Part shown: positions 28,867 to 38,851 of the stretch, piece after piece
Layout of the letters: every line of letters starts with the position of its first letter
How positions within the stretch are numbered: position 1 is the first letter of the stretch
Assembly (NCBI GenBank): GCA_964636125.1
Contig: CAZWPX010000003.1
Location: forward strand, 35,606-99,605
DNA: 64,000 nucleotides
Origin: an uncultured Desulfobacterales bacterium
Lineage (GTDB): Bacteria > Desulfobacterota > Desulfobacteria > Desulfobacterales > CAJINA01
Direction: 5' to 3'
Translations under genes and position numbers: made by a program
The notes under the pieces: generated by a model
Database searches by the model: none
What the model saw: the letters and a program-made list of their open reading frames with translations, nothing else
What the model was told of the DNA's origin: nothing

Positions 28867-30008
28867 ATTACCTATACCAGCAAAATGGACGCCTGTTTGC
28901 CCAGACTGCCCCGGGATTGGAATCGGCTGCCGCACAGGAGTTGAGCGCCCTGGGGGCGGCCCGGGTGGAACCTCGATTCATGGGTGTGGCCTTTGACGCG
29001 GACAAATCAGCCCTCTACCGGGCCAACTACGAATCACGCCTGGCCAGCAGGATACTGGCACCGCTGATCAGTTTCCCTTTCCAGTCGGAAAACGACCTGT
29101 ATACCGAAGCGGTGGGCCTGCCCTGGACCGACTTTGTAAAACCACACCAGACGTTCGCCATCTATGCCACCCGTTCCCGGAGCAGCCGGGTCAAGCACAC
29201 CGGGTACGCCGCGCTGAAAGTGAAAGACGCGGTCGCCGACTTTTTCCTGAAAAAGTTTAACCGCCGGCCAAATGTCGACAAACGCAACCCCGATGTATGG
29301 ATCAATGTCCATTTTGACAAACACAGCGCCACGCTCAACATCGACACCTCCGGGGGTTCTCTGCACAAAAGGGGTTACCGGCGCAAGACTGTCCCGGCGC
29401 CCATGCAGGAAACACTGGCCGCGGCGATCCTGCATTTCAGCGGGTGGGACGGCACCTGCCCCCTGTACGACCCCATGTGCGGCTCAGGCACCCTCCTTTC
29501 GGAGTCCTTAATGCGTTATGCCGGGATTCCGGCAGGCTATCTCCGCCAGCGGTTTGGTTTTGAAAACCTGCCTGATTTCGATCCGCTGTTGTGGCAGCGT
29601 GTAAAAACAGCCGCCGACAGGCTAATCCGACCGCTGCCGGTCGGCCTTGTGGGGGGCAGTGACCAGTCGCGCATGGCTGTCGCGGCCGCCGTTGAAAACA
29701 GCCGGGCGCTGCCCTTCGGCAATCGGATCACCATCGGGTCCAAACGTTTCCAACAAATAGCAGACCTCAGGGGTGCGCTCATCGTTTGTAACCCGCCTTA
29801 CGGAATACGCCTGGAAACTAAACAGGACACTGCCCGGCTTTACGGCCACTTCGGTGATTTTTTAAAACGCAGATGCCCCGGCGCTAAAGCCTACGTCTAT
29901 TTTGGCGATCGGGCGTTGATCAAACATATCGGCCTGAAACCCACCTGGAAAAAACCGCTTAAAAACGGTGGCCTTGACGGACGGCTGGTCGAGTACTTAC
30001 TTTACTGA
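28863..30008 (+). CDS. THUMP-domain class I SAM-dependent RNA methyltransferase (RlmL/UPF0020 type)
   Basis: The ATG at 28863 overlaps the uup stop (ATGA). It has a THUMP-like N-terminus, DPMCGSGTLL (SAM site) and NPPYG (catalytic) motifs. Confidence 0.8.
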   Translation: MNYLYQQNGRLFAQTAPGLESAAAQELSALGAARVEPRFMGVAFDADKSALYRANYESRLASRILAPLISFPFQSENDLYTEAVGLPWTDFVKPHQTFAIYATRSRSSRVKHTGYAALKVKDAVADFFLKKFNRRPNVDKRNPDVWINVHFDKHSATLNIDTSGGSLHKRGYRRKTVPAPMQETLAAAILHFSGWDGTCPLYDPMCGSGTLLSESLMRYAGIPAGYLRQRFGFENLPDFDPLLWQRVKTAADRLIRPLPVGLVGGSDQSRMAVAAAVENSRALPFGNRITIGSKRFQQIADLRGALIVCNPPYGIRLETKQDTARLYGHFGDFLKRRCPGAKAYVYFGDRALIKHIGLKPTWKKPLKNGGLDGRLVEYLLY

Positions 30009-30035
30009 GTCAATATTTTTAAACTGGGCTGTAAG

Positions 30036-30521
30036 ATGCAAAAAGACCTGAATATCGAAAACACGATTGTGGCGGGTGTCATTTCCGATACCCATGGAAA
30101 ATTGAGTGCCGGTGCCCGGTCAGTTCTAAGCCGGGCGGACTTGATTCTGCATGCCGGGGACGTGGACACGCCGGATGTCCTGACCGCTCTCGAAAGTCTC
30201 GCCCCGGTCACACTGGTCCGCGGCAATATGGACTATGGCCGCTGGGCCGCAAATCTGCCGGTCACCGACATGTTTGAGTTGGGCGGCCTCGGTTTCTACA
30301 TGCTGCACAATCTGCACGCCCTGGATCTGGACCCATCCGCGGCCGGCGTCAAAGTTGTCATCAGCGGGCATACCCACCAGGCAGCGGCTGTAGAATCAGA
30401 CGATGTTATGTTTCTGAATCCGGGCAGCTCCACAGCGCCCCGGCACGGCTCGGAAGCCTCGGTAGCCCTGCTCACGATTGTGCACGGAAAGATCAGTTAC
30501 CGTTTCTATGAGGTAGAATAA
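30036..30521 (+). CDS. YfcE/MJ0936-family metallophosphoesterase
   Basis: 161 aa. Motifs ISDTHG, HAGD, VRGNMD and GHTH. Confidence 0.85.
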   Translation: MQKDLNIENTIVAGVISDTHGKLSAGARSVLSRADLILHAGDVDTPDVLTALESLAPVTLVRGNMDYGRWAANLPVTDMFELGGLGFYMLHNLHALDLDPSAAGVKVVISGHTHQAAAVESDDVMFLNPGSSTAPRHGSEASVALLTIVHGKISYRFYEVE

Positions 30522-30527
30522 ACAGTA

Positions 30528-31976
30528 ATGTCCTGTTCTGATGGAAAAATTAGCCTGGCCGCGACAGCGGGTGTCTGTTGCGGTCTCCTCTTCTTTACGC
30601 TGCTGGCTGTCCGGCTGGACCTGTTCACGGAATCTCGGCCAATGCCGCTGCCCGTCACCAAAAGCAATCCGGCTGCTTACACCTGGCACGAGATATATCA
30701 GGAATCAGAAAAAATCGGCTACTCACACCGGCGCATGACACCCCTGACAGATGGCCACCGAATCTCAGAAACCACTTTCATGCGGATTAACACCATGGGC
30801 CTGGTTCAGGATATTAACGTCCTTACCACGGGCACCCTCGCCCCCGACATGAGCCTGACCTCATTTTCTTTTGAACTCAAATCAAGCCGTTTCAATTTTA
30901 AGGCCAGTGGGCAGGTGCATGCAAACGAGATACGGCTGCAGGTAAACGGCCAGCACTCGGTGCTCCCGGTAGAAACACCCGTGTACCTCACCGCAGGCCT
31001 TTTTGATGCTGTTTCGGCAATCGATATCAATATTGGCGAGACCCGCACGTTCAATATTTTCGACCCTTCTTCAATGAGCCAGCGCCCCATTCAGGTTACT
31101 TTCGCAGGAATGGAAAAAATCAGAATTATGGGCAGCCAGATCACCGCCCGCAGACTGGAAACGGATTTTTTAGGCGCCCGGCATACTGCCTGGGTATCCC
31201 TTGAGGGAGAAATCCTCCAGGAAACCGGTCCCCTGGGGATTACCCTGAAGAAATCCGATGCCACCCAGGCCCTGAAAAATATCAGCAATCATACCCAGGA
31301 TCTTACGCGGCTCGTCTCCGTGGATGGCGGCAGACGGTTGCCCAATCCCGAGAAGATTAAGGTAATAGACTACAAAATCAAGGGAATCCGGATGCTGCCG
31401 GAGATGGCTGGTGGCCGCCAATCCCTATCGGACAATCTGCTCACCGTCCGACTGGAAAACCCATACGCACCCGGCGCCCCCCCCGTGCCCGGGCAGCCCG
31501 AATTCCTGTCACCCTCGCTTTTTGTACAGTCAGACCAGCCCGATATTGTCGCCCTGGCGGACAGCCTGGTCCAGACCGATGCCCCCCGGATCGATAAAGT
31601 CAAGGCCATCAAGAACTGGGTCTACACCGAAATAGAAAAGCGCCCGGTGCTGTCGGTACCCAATGCTCTGGAAACGCTGCAAAACAAAACCGGCGACTGT
31701 AACGAGCACGCCGTGCTGTTCGCGGCCCTGGCCCGGGCCGCCGGGGTACCGACCCGGATCGAGGCCGGCCTGGTTTACCTGAACGGACGGTTTTATTATC
31801 ACGCCTGGAACGCTGTTTTGCTGGACCGCTGGATCACCGTGGATGCCCTGATGAATCAGTTTCCCGCCGATGTCACCCATATTCGGTTTACCCGCGGAGG
31901 CCCTGAAAGCCAGCTTGACCTGATGGGTGTCATTGGTAACCTGAACCTGGAGATAGTAGACTTACAAAATGATTGA
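30528..31976 (+). CDS. Membrane-anchored transglutaminase-like cysteine protease-fold protein
   Basis: 482 aa. N-terminal TM segment. C-terminal transglutaminase core TGDCNEHAVLFAALARAAGVPTRIEAGLVY...YYHAWN..D (Cys-His-Asp). Confidence 0.8.
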   Translation: MSCSDGKISLAATAGVCCGLLFFTLLAVRLDLFTESRPMPLPVTKSNPAAYTWHEIYQESEKIGYSHRRMTPLTDGHRISETTFMRINTMGLVQDINVLTTGTLAPDMSLTSFSFELKSSRFNFKASGQVHANEIRLQVNGQHSVLPVETPVYLTAGLFDAVSAIDINIGETRTFNIFDPSSMSQRPIQVTFAGMEKIRIMGSQITARRLETDFLGARHTAWVSLEGEILQETGPLGITLKKSDATQALKNISNHTQDLTRLVSVDGGRRLPNPEKIKVIDYKIKGIRMLPEMAGGRQSLSDNLLTVRLENPYAPGAPPVPGQPEFLSPSLFVQSDQPDIVALADSLVQTDAPRIDKVKAIKNWVYTEIEKRPVLSVPNALETLQNKTGDCNEHAVLFAALARAAGVPTRIEAGLVYLNGRFYYHAWNAVLLDRWITVDALMNQFPADVTHIRFTRGGPESQLDLMGVIGNLNLEIVDLQND

Positions 31977-32703
31977 ACTTGTAGATATCACAAAGCATTA
32001 TGGAAAAAACCGGGCAGTGGACGGCATCAGCCTTGAAGTTCCGGATGGCGAGCTGTTCGGCTTCATAGGCCCCAACGGCGCCGGCAAAACCACGACCATT
32101 GGCATGATCGGCGGGCTCCTCGCCCCCACTTCCGGCACTGTCCTGATTGACGGTACCGACATCTCCAAAGATCCGGTAGCGGTAAAACGCAAAATCGGGC
32201 TTATTCCCGACCGGCCCTTTCTATATGAGAAGCTGACCGGGAACGAATTTTTAAAATTTACCGCCGACCTTTTTGACGTCGAGCAAAAGGATTTCGATAC
32301 CAGATCCCGTGAACTCTTGAACCTGTTCGGATTGTGGGACCGGGCCAATGAACTGATTGAAGCCTATTCACACGGCATGAAACAGCGGCTGATCATGTCG
32401 GCCGCACTCCTGCATGACCCCAGGCTTTTAATCGTCGATGAACCCATGGTGGGCCTTGACCCCCGGGGCATAAAAATGGTCAGGCATCTCTTTCGTGAGT
32501 TGGCTGACACAGGGGTGACCGTGTTCATGTCCACCCATACCCTTTCTCTGGCAGAAGAGATTTGCGATCGAATCGGAATTATCAACAAAGGCAAATTGAT
32601 TGCGACCGGTACCATCGCCGAATTAAAAGATGCTGCCCGCCTGGGTCAGGCCAACCTTGAACAGGCCTTTCTCGAACTCACCCAGGAGCAGGCAATGCAA
32701 TGA
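31969..32703 (+). CDS. ABC transporter ATP-binding protein
   Basis: 244 aa. Walker A GPNGAGKTT, signature YSHGMKQRL, Walker B LLIVDEP. It overlaps both neighbouring genes. Confidence 0.9.
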   Translation: MIELVDITKHYGKNRAVDGISLEVPDGELFGFIGPNGAGKTTTIGMIGGLLAPTSGTVLIDGTDISKDPVAVKRKIGLIPDRPFLYEKLTGNEFLKFTADLFDVEQKDFDTRSRELLNLFGLWDRANELIEAYSHGMKQRLIMSAALLHDPRLLIVDEPMVGLDPRGIKMVRHLFRELADTGVTVFMSTHTLSLAEEICDRIGIINKGKLIATGTIAELKDAARLGQANLEQAFLELTQEQAMQ

Positions 32704-34391
32704 AACAGATATTGACCCTGATAAAACCCCGACTGCTCTCTTTCAAGAACGCCGGGGGTGAAAACGGCAAACGCGGCAGGCTCCTGCTCTTCGGGGCCTT
32801 CGGGGCAGTCTTCTGGGTGGGTATTTTTGTCATAACCTACCGAGTTCTCAGCTATTTCCAGAGCGTGAAGGGATTTGGCGACATCCTGGCCTATAAACTC
32901 CTGTCCATGGTGATTCTCACCTTTTTTTCCCTGCTCATTTTCAGCGCTATCCTCACGGTTCTCTCCAAACTCTATCTGAGTAAAGACCTCATGCTGGTTC
33001 ACAGCCTGCCCGTCTCATCTGAAACCATTTTTCTGGCCCGCTGGATTGAAAGTACGGCTGACAGTGCCTGGATGGTGGTCGTTTACACGATCCCGGTATT
33101 TCTGAGTTACGGCATCGTTTACGAAGCCGGATTATTATTCTACATCAACATTCTTATCGCACTGCTGCCTCTGTGTATCACCGCATCAGCCGCCAGTGCC
33201 CTGCTGGTGATGAGTGCGGTGATGATTTTACCGGCCAGCCGTATCCGCAGCATCTTCGTCTTCCTGGGCATCGTGGTGTTGATTGTATTGTATGTGACCT
33301 TTCGGATGCTGCGCCCCGAAAGACTGGTGGATCCGGACGCGTTTATCTCTGTCATGGCCTACCTGCAGTCTTTGAATACGCCGGCCTCGCCCCTGCTCCC
33401 CACCACCTGGGCTTATGACAGCCTGAAAGCCTCCCTGAACGGGCAGCTGCAAGGCGTCCTGCTGCACAATTCGCTGGCCTGGAGTTTTGCTGGTTTTGTT
33501 ATTTTCATTCAACTGCTGTTCGCCCGGGTGGTCTATTATAAAGGGTTTTCCAAAACACAGGGCGCCCTGATTCGTCTGTATGAAACCCAGGGGCAGTTCC
33601 TGTACAGGCTGTTTGCCTTTCTAAACGGCCCGGCCCGGGCATTTGTCATCAAGGAGTATAAAACATTCTGGAGAGATCAAACCCAGTGGTCCCAGATTTT
33701 TCTGATCGCCGCCTTGATCGTGATTTACCTGTACAACTTTTCAGCCCTGCCCCTGGAAAAATCACCGGTAAAAACCATCTATCTGCAGAACCTGTTTGCA
33801 TTTTTGAACATGGCCCTGGCCGCGTTTGTTCTCACCGCCGTTACGGCCCGGTTCGCCTTTCCATCCGTGAGCATCGAAGGCAGTTCCTTCTGGATTGTCC
33901 GCTCCGGTCCCATCCGGATCAATACCCTGCTGTGGATCAAGTTCTCAATCTACTTTGTACCCCTCATGATCCTTTCAGAAACACTGATTGTCGCCACCAA
34001 TATCTTATTGAACGTCACGCCCTTCATGATGGGCTTGTCTGTTATCACGCTCTTTCTGATGACCCCCGGCATTATTTCACTGGGGATCGGGCTCGGGGCG
34101 GCATACCCTGATTTTACATCTGAAAACCCGGCCCAGACCGTTACCGGATTTGGCGGTTTGATGTTCATGATCTACTCGGCCGGATTTATCGGGGCAGTCA
34201 CTATTTTGCAGGCCGGCCCAGTCTATTCAATTTTTATGGCCGATATCAGAAATGTACCGATCTCACTCTATCAATGGATCTGGATTGGCTTGTCGTTTGC
34301 CCTGGTGGCACTGGTCTGCTGGCTTGCCCTGGTACTGCCCATGCGATTTGGAGTCTCGCGACTTTCATCCATTTCCACTGGGAAATCATAA
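32700..34391 (+). CDS. Large polytopic putative ABC exporter permease
   Basis: 563 aa with about 12 hydrophobic segments. It is translationally coupled to the ATPase (ATGA overlap). Confidence 0.65.
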   Translation: MKQILTLIKPRLLSFKNAGGENGKRGRLLLFGAFGAVFWVGIFVITYRVLSYFQSVKGFGDILAYKLLSMVILTFFSLLIFSAILTVLSKLYLSKDLMLVHSLPVSSETIFLARWIESTADSAWMVVVYTIPVFLSYGIVYEAGLLFYINILIALLPLCITASAASALLVMSAVMILPASRIRSIFVFLGIVVLIVLYVTFRMLRPERLVDPDAFISVMAYLQSLNTPASPLLPTTWAYDSLKASLNGQLQGVLLHNSLAWSFAGFVIFIQLLFARVVYYKGFSKTQGALIRLYETQGQFLYRLFAFLNGPARAFVIKEYKTFWRDQTQWSQIFLIAALIVIYLYNFSALPLEKSPVKTIYLQNLFAFLNMALAAFVLTAVTARFAFPSVSIEGSSFWIVRSGPIRINTLLWIKFSIYFVPLMILSETLIVATNILLNVTPFMMGLSVITLFLMTPGIISLGIGLGAAYPDFTSENPAQTVTGFGGLMFMIYSAGFIGAVTILQAGPVYSIFMADIRNVPISLYQWIWIGLSFALVALVCWLALVLPMRFGVSRLSSISTGKS

Positions 34392-34485
34392 GCTTGAATG
34401 CCCTATTGACGTTTGTCCCAAAAGTGTGCTTACCTGAAAAATAAGCGTGTGCACCTAAATTAATCGTCCAAGGACAGGAATGTGA

Positions 34486-34977
34486 ATGCAGAATAAAGAG
34501 CAAAATGCCTATGGCTGGGACAGCGGACACCCCGAATCGCTGCTGGTAAAAATCAGGGCGGATTTAAAAACTGCCATGCTGGGTAAGGATGTTTCCGGCC
34601 GGGACACCCTGCGGCAGGTCATATCTGAGTTCCCCAATCTCACCGTGCCGCTTGTGCTGGAAAGCGGTAAAAAAACAACCCGGGTAAAAAAGCCCGATGA
34701 GATAACCGATGAGGACATTCTGGACATCATCCGCAAACTGGTAAAATCTGAAAAAACGGTCCTTGAATTGAAAGGCGCCGGCCGCTCCCCCTACCTCGAC
34801 ATGCTGGAAAAATACTTGCCCCGCATGGCCTCAACCGATGAAATTAAAACCTGGATATCTGCCAACCTCGACCTCACAACCTTTAAAAGCCCGTTACAGG
34901 CCATGGGGCCCGTAATGAAACATTTTGGAAAACTGGCGGATGGAAACCTCGTAAAGCAGATCCTCCAGTCTTTGTAG
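34486..34977 (+). CDS. GatB/YqeY domain protein
   Basis: 163 aa. IRADLKTAMLGKD...RDTLRQVISEF ... SPLQAMGPVMKHFGKLADGNLVKQIL matches the YqeY pattern. Confidence 0.8.
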   Translation: MQNKEQNAYGWDSGHPESLLVKIRADLKTAMLGKDVSGRDTLRQVISEFPNLTVPLVLESGKKTTRVKKPDEITDEDILDIIRKLVKSEKTVLELKGAGRSPYLDMLEKYLPRMASTDEIKTWISANLDLTTFKSPLQAMGPVMKHFGKLADGNLVKQILQSL

Positions 34978-35018
34978 GGCTGCTCTGGAATGCGCCTGTA
35001 GCGCTTCAACTTGATTCG

Positions 35019-35873
35019 ATGATACAACTGGCTGACATACTAAGGGCCTGCCGGCTCTGTCCCCGGAAGTGCGGCAGCAACCGCTGTGACAATGAGACCG
35101 GTTACTGTCAAACCGGTAAAGATGCAGTCGTTTACAGTTTTGACGCCCATTTTGGTGAAGAACCGGAACTGGTCGGAAGCCGCGGCTCCGGCACCATCTT
35201 CTTTTCCCATTGCAGCCTCTTGTGCAGTTTCTGTCAGAACTATGAGATCAGTCACCTGGGCCACGGACGCACCGTATCAGACAATCAACTGGCCGGGATC
35301 ATGCTCGAAATTCAGCGGATGGGGTGCCACAACATCAACCTGGTCACCCCCACGCACGTTGTGCCGCAGATAATAGGCGCACTTGAAATTGCCCGTCGGA
35401 AAGGAATGCGTCTGCCGATTGTCTACAATTCCAGCGGGTATGAACGTGTCTCCACATTGAAAATGCTCAAGGGCCTGGTTGACATTTACATGCCGGATTT
35501 CAAATTCTGGCACCCTGAGATTGCCGAAAAAACATGCGGCGCGCCGGATTACCCGGAAGTGGCCCGCCAGGCAATCCTGGAAATGCACCGGCAGGTGGGG
35601 CCTTTGCAGACCAATTCAGCTGGAGTTGCCCAACAGGGCCTTTTAATCCGGCACCTTGTTTTACCCGGAAATCTTGCGGGTACCGGTGAAATATCTGAAT
35701 TTATAGTTGAAAACATCTCACCCGATGCCTACGTTAACATCATGCCCCAATATCGGCCCTGCGGCCGGGCCCGCCAAACCAAAGGGCTCGAACGCCGGTT
35801 GACGGCCCAGGCGTTCGTGGAGGCTATAAAAACTGCCCGGGATAAGGGCCTCACCCGTTTCAAAAGGTTTTAG
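35019..35873 (+). CDS. Radical SAM protein, PflX-like (pyruvate formate-lyase activase-related)
   Basis: 284 aa. CX3CX2C cluster motif CSLLCSFCQN, preceded by a Cys-rich N-terminus (CRLCPRKCGSNRC). Confidence 0.7.
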   Translation: MIQLADILRACRLCPRKCGSNRCDNETGYCQTGKDAVVYSFDAHFGEEPELVGSRGSGTIFFSHCSLLCSFCQNYEISHLGHGRTVSDNQLAGIMLEIQRMGCHNINLVTPTHVVPQIIGALEIARRKGMRLPIVYNSSGYERVSTLKMLKGLVDIYMPDFKFWHPEIAEKTCGAPDYPEVARQAILEMHRQVGPLQTNSAGVAQQGLLIRHLVLPGNLAGTGEISEFIVENISPDAYVNIMPQYRPCGRARQTKGLERRLTAQAFVEAIKTARDKGLTRFKRF

Positions 35874-35879
35874 ACAGCG

Positions 35880-36797
35880 ATGCGCGCAAGAAAATTATCA
35901 GATCTTGTGGAAGCCGGGCACCCCGACGCCGTGCTGGACGAAATCCTCGCCATTTTAAACCAGTTTGCGCCCGGAGCGAATACGGCCACCCTGCGTCTGG
36001 CCTTTCTTGAAACCGTGCGCCTGTATAAGGGCGAATACCCGGGATATAAAGCCTGCAACACCGAATACCACAATCTGCGCCACACCACGGATACGGCCCT
36101 GTCCATGACCCGTCTGATACATGGTGCGTTTCTGGAAGGTCACACCCTGGAGCGCCAACAGATCATCCTGGGGGTAATAGCGGCCCTGTTTCACGATTCA
36201 GGCTATATCCAGAAAGAAGGCGACCGGGAAGGCACCGGCGCCAAATATACCCTGACACATGTGAACCGCAGCATGGATTTTCTGGCCGCCGCAGCACCGG
36301 CTTTCGGTTTCAGCGGTGCTGACATCAGGGCCGGAAGATCAATGATCCTGTTAACAGACCTTTCGGTTGATCCCGAGTCAGTTGAATTTGAAACACCCAA
36401 CGGGGAATTTTTAGGCAAAATGCTGGCAGCGGCCGACCTGCTCGCGCAGCTTTCAGACCGAACCTACCTTGAAAAACTGCTGTTTCTTTACCGGGAATTC
36501 AAAGAGGCCGGCATTGGAGATTATTCCGGAGAACGACATCTGCTGGAACAGACAGTCCATTTTTACGACATGGTGGCGCACAGGCTGGACTCCATTTTCG
36601 ACAAAGGCCTCCAGTTTATGCAGGCCCACCTTTTCGCCCGCTGGAACATCCAGTCAAACCTCTACCGGGAAGCCATCAGCAACCAAAAACAATACCTTCA
36701 ACAAATACTTGAAGACCCCGATACAAACCACCGCAATCATTTTAAAAGGGATGGCATTGTGAACCTTGTGCGCCTGAAATACGGCAACGCGCAATAA
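35880..36797 (+). CDS. HD-domain protein
   Basis: 305 aa. YHNLRHT ... ALFHDSGY supplies the H...HD metal ligands. Confidence 0.6.
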   Translation: MRARKLSDLVEAGHPDAVLDEILAILNQFAPGANTATLRLAFLETVRLYKGEYPGYKACNTEYHNLRHTTDTALSMTRLIHGAFLEGHTLERQQIILGVIAALFHDSGYIQKEGDREGTGAKYTLTHVNRSMDFLAAAAPAFGFSGADIRAGRSMILLTDLSVDPESVEFETPNGEFLGKMLAAADLLAQLSDRTYLEKLLFLYREFKEAGIGDYSGERHLLEQTVHFYDMVAHRLDSIFDKGLQFMQAHLFARWNIQSNLYREAISNQKQYLQQILEDPDTNHRNHFKRDGIVNLVRLKYGNAQ

Positions 36798-36918
36798 CCC
36801 TTTGGGCCGGACTATCGCCAGCCGGTCCATCGCCAGGCCTCCACGGGCCTGCCAGGCTGCACCCGACAATCCCCATTACCTGTTGACAGCACGTCCCTTT
36901 TCATATATCAGCGGCTAC

Positions 36919-36949
36919 AACCGGGTGGGTGCTGCATCCGGTTTTTTTT
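36919..36949 (+). terminator. Small hairpin plus T8 run in the gap between the HD gene and prfC
   Basis: aaccgg (36919-36924) / ccggtt (36938-36943) with a 13-nt loop, followed by T8 (36942-36949). The stem is weak. It could terminate the HD gene or act as a leader element for prfC. Confidence 0.3.
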
Positions 36950-36992
36950 ATGCCCCGGTGAAGCACAATCAGAACCTCAAAAAAGACATACA

Positions 36993-38579
36993 ATGACCAA
37001 ATCCTATCAAAAAGAGATCGATAAACGCCGGACATTCGGCATCATCAGCCACCCGGACGCAGGTAAAACCACCCTCACGGAAAAACTCCTTCTATTTGGT
37101 GGTGCCATCCAACTGGCCGGGGCGGTCAAAGCCCGCAAAGCGGCGCGACACGCCACCAGCGACTGGATGACAGTTGAAAAGGAGCGGGGCATATCGGTGA
37201 CCACATCGGTCATGAAGTTCAACTACCAGGGGTTTGCAGTGAACCTGCTGGACACACCCGGTCATCAGGACTTCTCCGAAGATACCTATCGGGTCCTGAC
37301 AGCCGTGGACAGCGCCCTGATGGTCATCGACAGCGCCAAAGGCGTTGAACCCCAGACTGAAAAGCTGATGGAAATATGCCGGATGCGCAACACCCCTATC
37401 ATCACCTTCATCAATAAACTTGACCGGGACGGAATGCCGCCGCTTGACCTGCTCAGCGATATTGAGGACCGGCTCCAGATTGAGTGTGCCCCGCTTTCCT
37501 GGCCGATTGGGGCCGGCAAACTTTTCAAGGGTGTTTACAGTCTGTATGACAAAAAACTCAAGCTCTTCAAGCCGGGTCAGGAAACGCGTCACAGCGATGA
37601 AATCCTGATCGATAACCTGGCTGATGAATCCTTTGATCAACTGGTCGGCGACCAGGCCGACGAGTTCCGGGAAGAGATCGAACTGTTGGAAGGCGCGGCC
37701 AATCCTTTTAACCTCCAGGACTACCTGCAGGCCAGCCAGACACCGGTTTTTTTCGGGAGCGCGGTGAATAATTTCGGTGTCCGGGAGCTGCTCGAAGCAT
37801 TTGTTGAGATTGCCCCGGCGCCCGGGAACAGGCCCAGTAGCAGTCGCGATGTGTCTCCTTATGAACAACCGTTCTCCGGGTTTGTCTTTAAAATTCAAGC
37901 CAATATGGATCCTGCCCACCGGGACAGGATTGCCTTTTTAAGAATCTGTTCGGGAAAATTCACCAAGGGCATGAAAGTGACCCACCACCGGATCGGAAAA
38001 ACCATCAACCTTTCCAAGGCCACGGTTTTTCTGGCCCAGGACCGGGCCCATGTAGACGAGGCCTACCCCGGGGACATCATCGGGTTGCACAATCACGGCA
38101 CCATCAAAATCGGAGACACCTTTACCGAAAAAGAACCGTTGAAATTTACCGGCATTCCCAATTTCGCCCCGGAACACTTCCGCCGCGTCATCCTTGAAAA
38201 CCCACTAAAAACCAAGCAGTTGCAAAAGGGTTTGACTCAACTGGCCGAAGAGGGCGCCATCCAGGTGTTTCGCCCGAAAACCAGCAACGCCTACATCCTG
38301 GGGGCCGTGGGGGTTTTGCAGTTCGATATCACCATGGCAAGGCTCAAGGCCGAATACAGCGTAGACGCTGGTTGTGAGGGTGTGGACCTGTCCGTGGCCC
38401 GCTGGGTCAGGTGCCAGGACCCCAAAATGCTGCGTTCTTTTGAAAAAGAGTGTATGGCCAACCTGGCCAGTGATGCCCAGGGCCACCTGGCTTTTCTGGC
38501 GCGCAGTGAATGGAATCTCGAGTATGAAATGAAACAATGGCCCGAGATTGAATTCTTAAAATCCAAGGAACACAACTAA
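36993..38579 (+). CDS. prfC: Peptide chain release factor 3
   Basis: 528 aa. [34 protein letters not shown]. Confidence 0.95.
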   Translation: MTKSYQKEIDKRRTFGIISHPDAGKTTLTEKLLLFGGAIQLAGAVKARKAARHATSDWMTVEKERGISVTTSVMKFNYQGFAVNLLDTPGHQDFSEDTYRVLTAVDSALMVIDSAKGVEPQTEKLMEICRMRNTPIITFINKLDRDGMPPLDLLSDIEDRLQIECAPLSWPIGAGKLFKGVYSLYDKKLKLFKPGQETRHSDEILIDNLADESFDQLVGDQADEFREEIELLEGAANPFNLQDYLQASQTPVFFGSAVNNFGVRELLEAFVEIAPAPGNRPSSSRDVSPYEQPFSGFVFKIQANMDPAHRDRIAFLRICSGKFTKGMKVTHHRIGKTINLSKATVFLAQDRAHVDEAYPGDIIGLHNHGTIKIGDTFTEKEPLKFTGIPNFAPEHFRRVILENPLKTKQLQKGLTQLAEEGAIQVFRPKTSNAYILGAVGVLQFDITMARLKAEYSVDAGCEGVDLSVARWVRCQDPKMLRSFEKECMANLASDAQGHLAFLARSEWNLEYEMKQWPEIEFLKSKEHN

Positions 38580-38840
38580 ATGAGCTTACATACCCATGAT
38601 TTCGTTGAAAATTACACCGGCCTGGTCGGATTCGGGGCGGATCGCGAGACAGATGAAAATACAATCATCTATTACCTGCAGAAGTTTTCCGACGATACCC
38701 TGATGGCCAGCCTGGTCAAGCGGATGACGGACGATGAACTGGCTGAAATATTTACACTGGTAAGCCGCCTCATGAAACATCATTTGAAGGAGTCGGAATA
38801 TCACCGCCTGTTTCTGAAAGATGCGGGCCATTCCCATTAG
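38580..38840 (+). CDS. Small conserved-looking hypothetical protein immediately coupled to prfC
   Basis: 86 aa. The ATG directly follows the prfC TAA. The protein is acidic and helical, and the coding-like composition continues. No family was recognised. Confidence 0.5.
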   Translation: MSLHTHDFVENYTGLVGFGADRETDENTIIYYLQKFSDDTLMASLVKRMTDDELAEIFTLVSRLMKHHLKESEYHRLFLKDAGHSH

Positions 38841-38851
38841 AGGGGCTGCAA

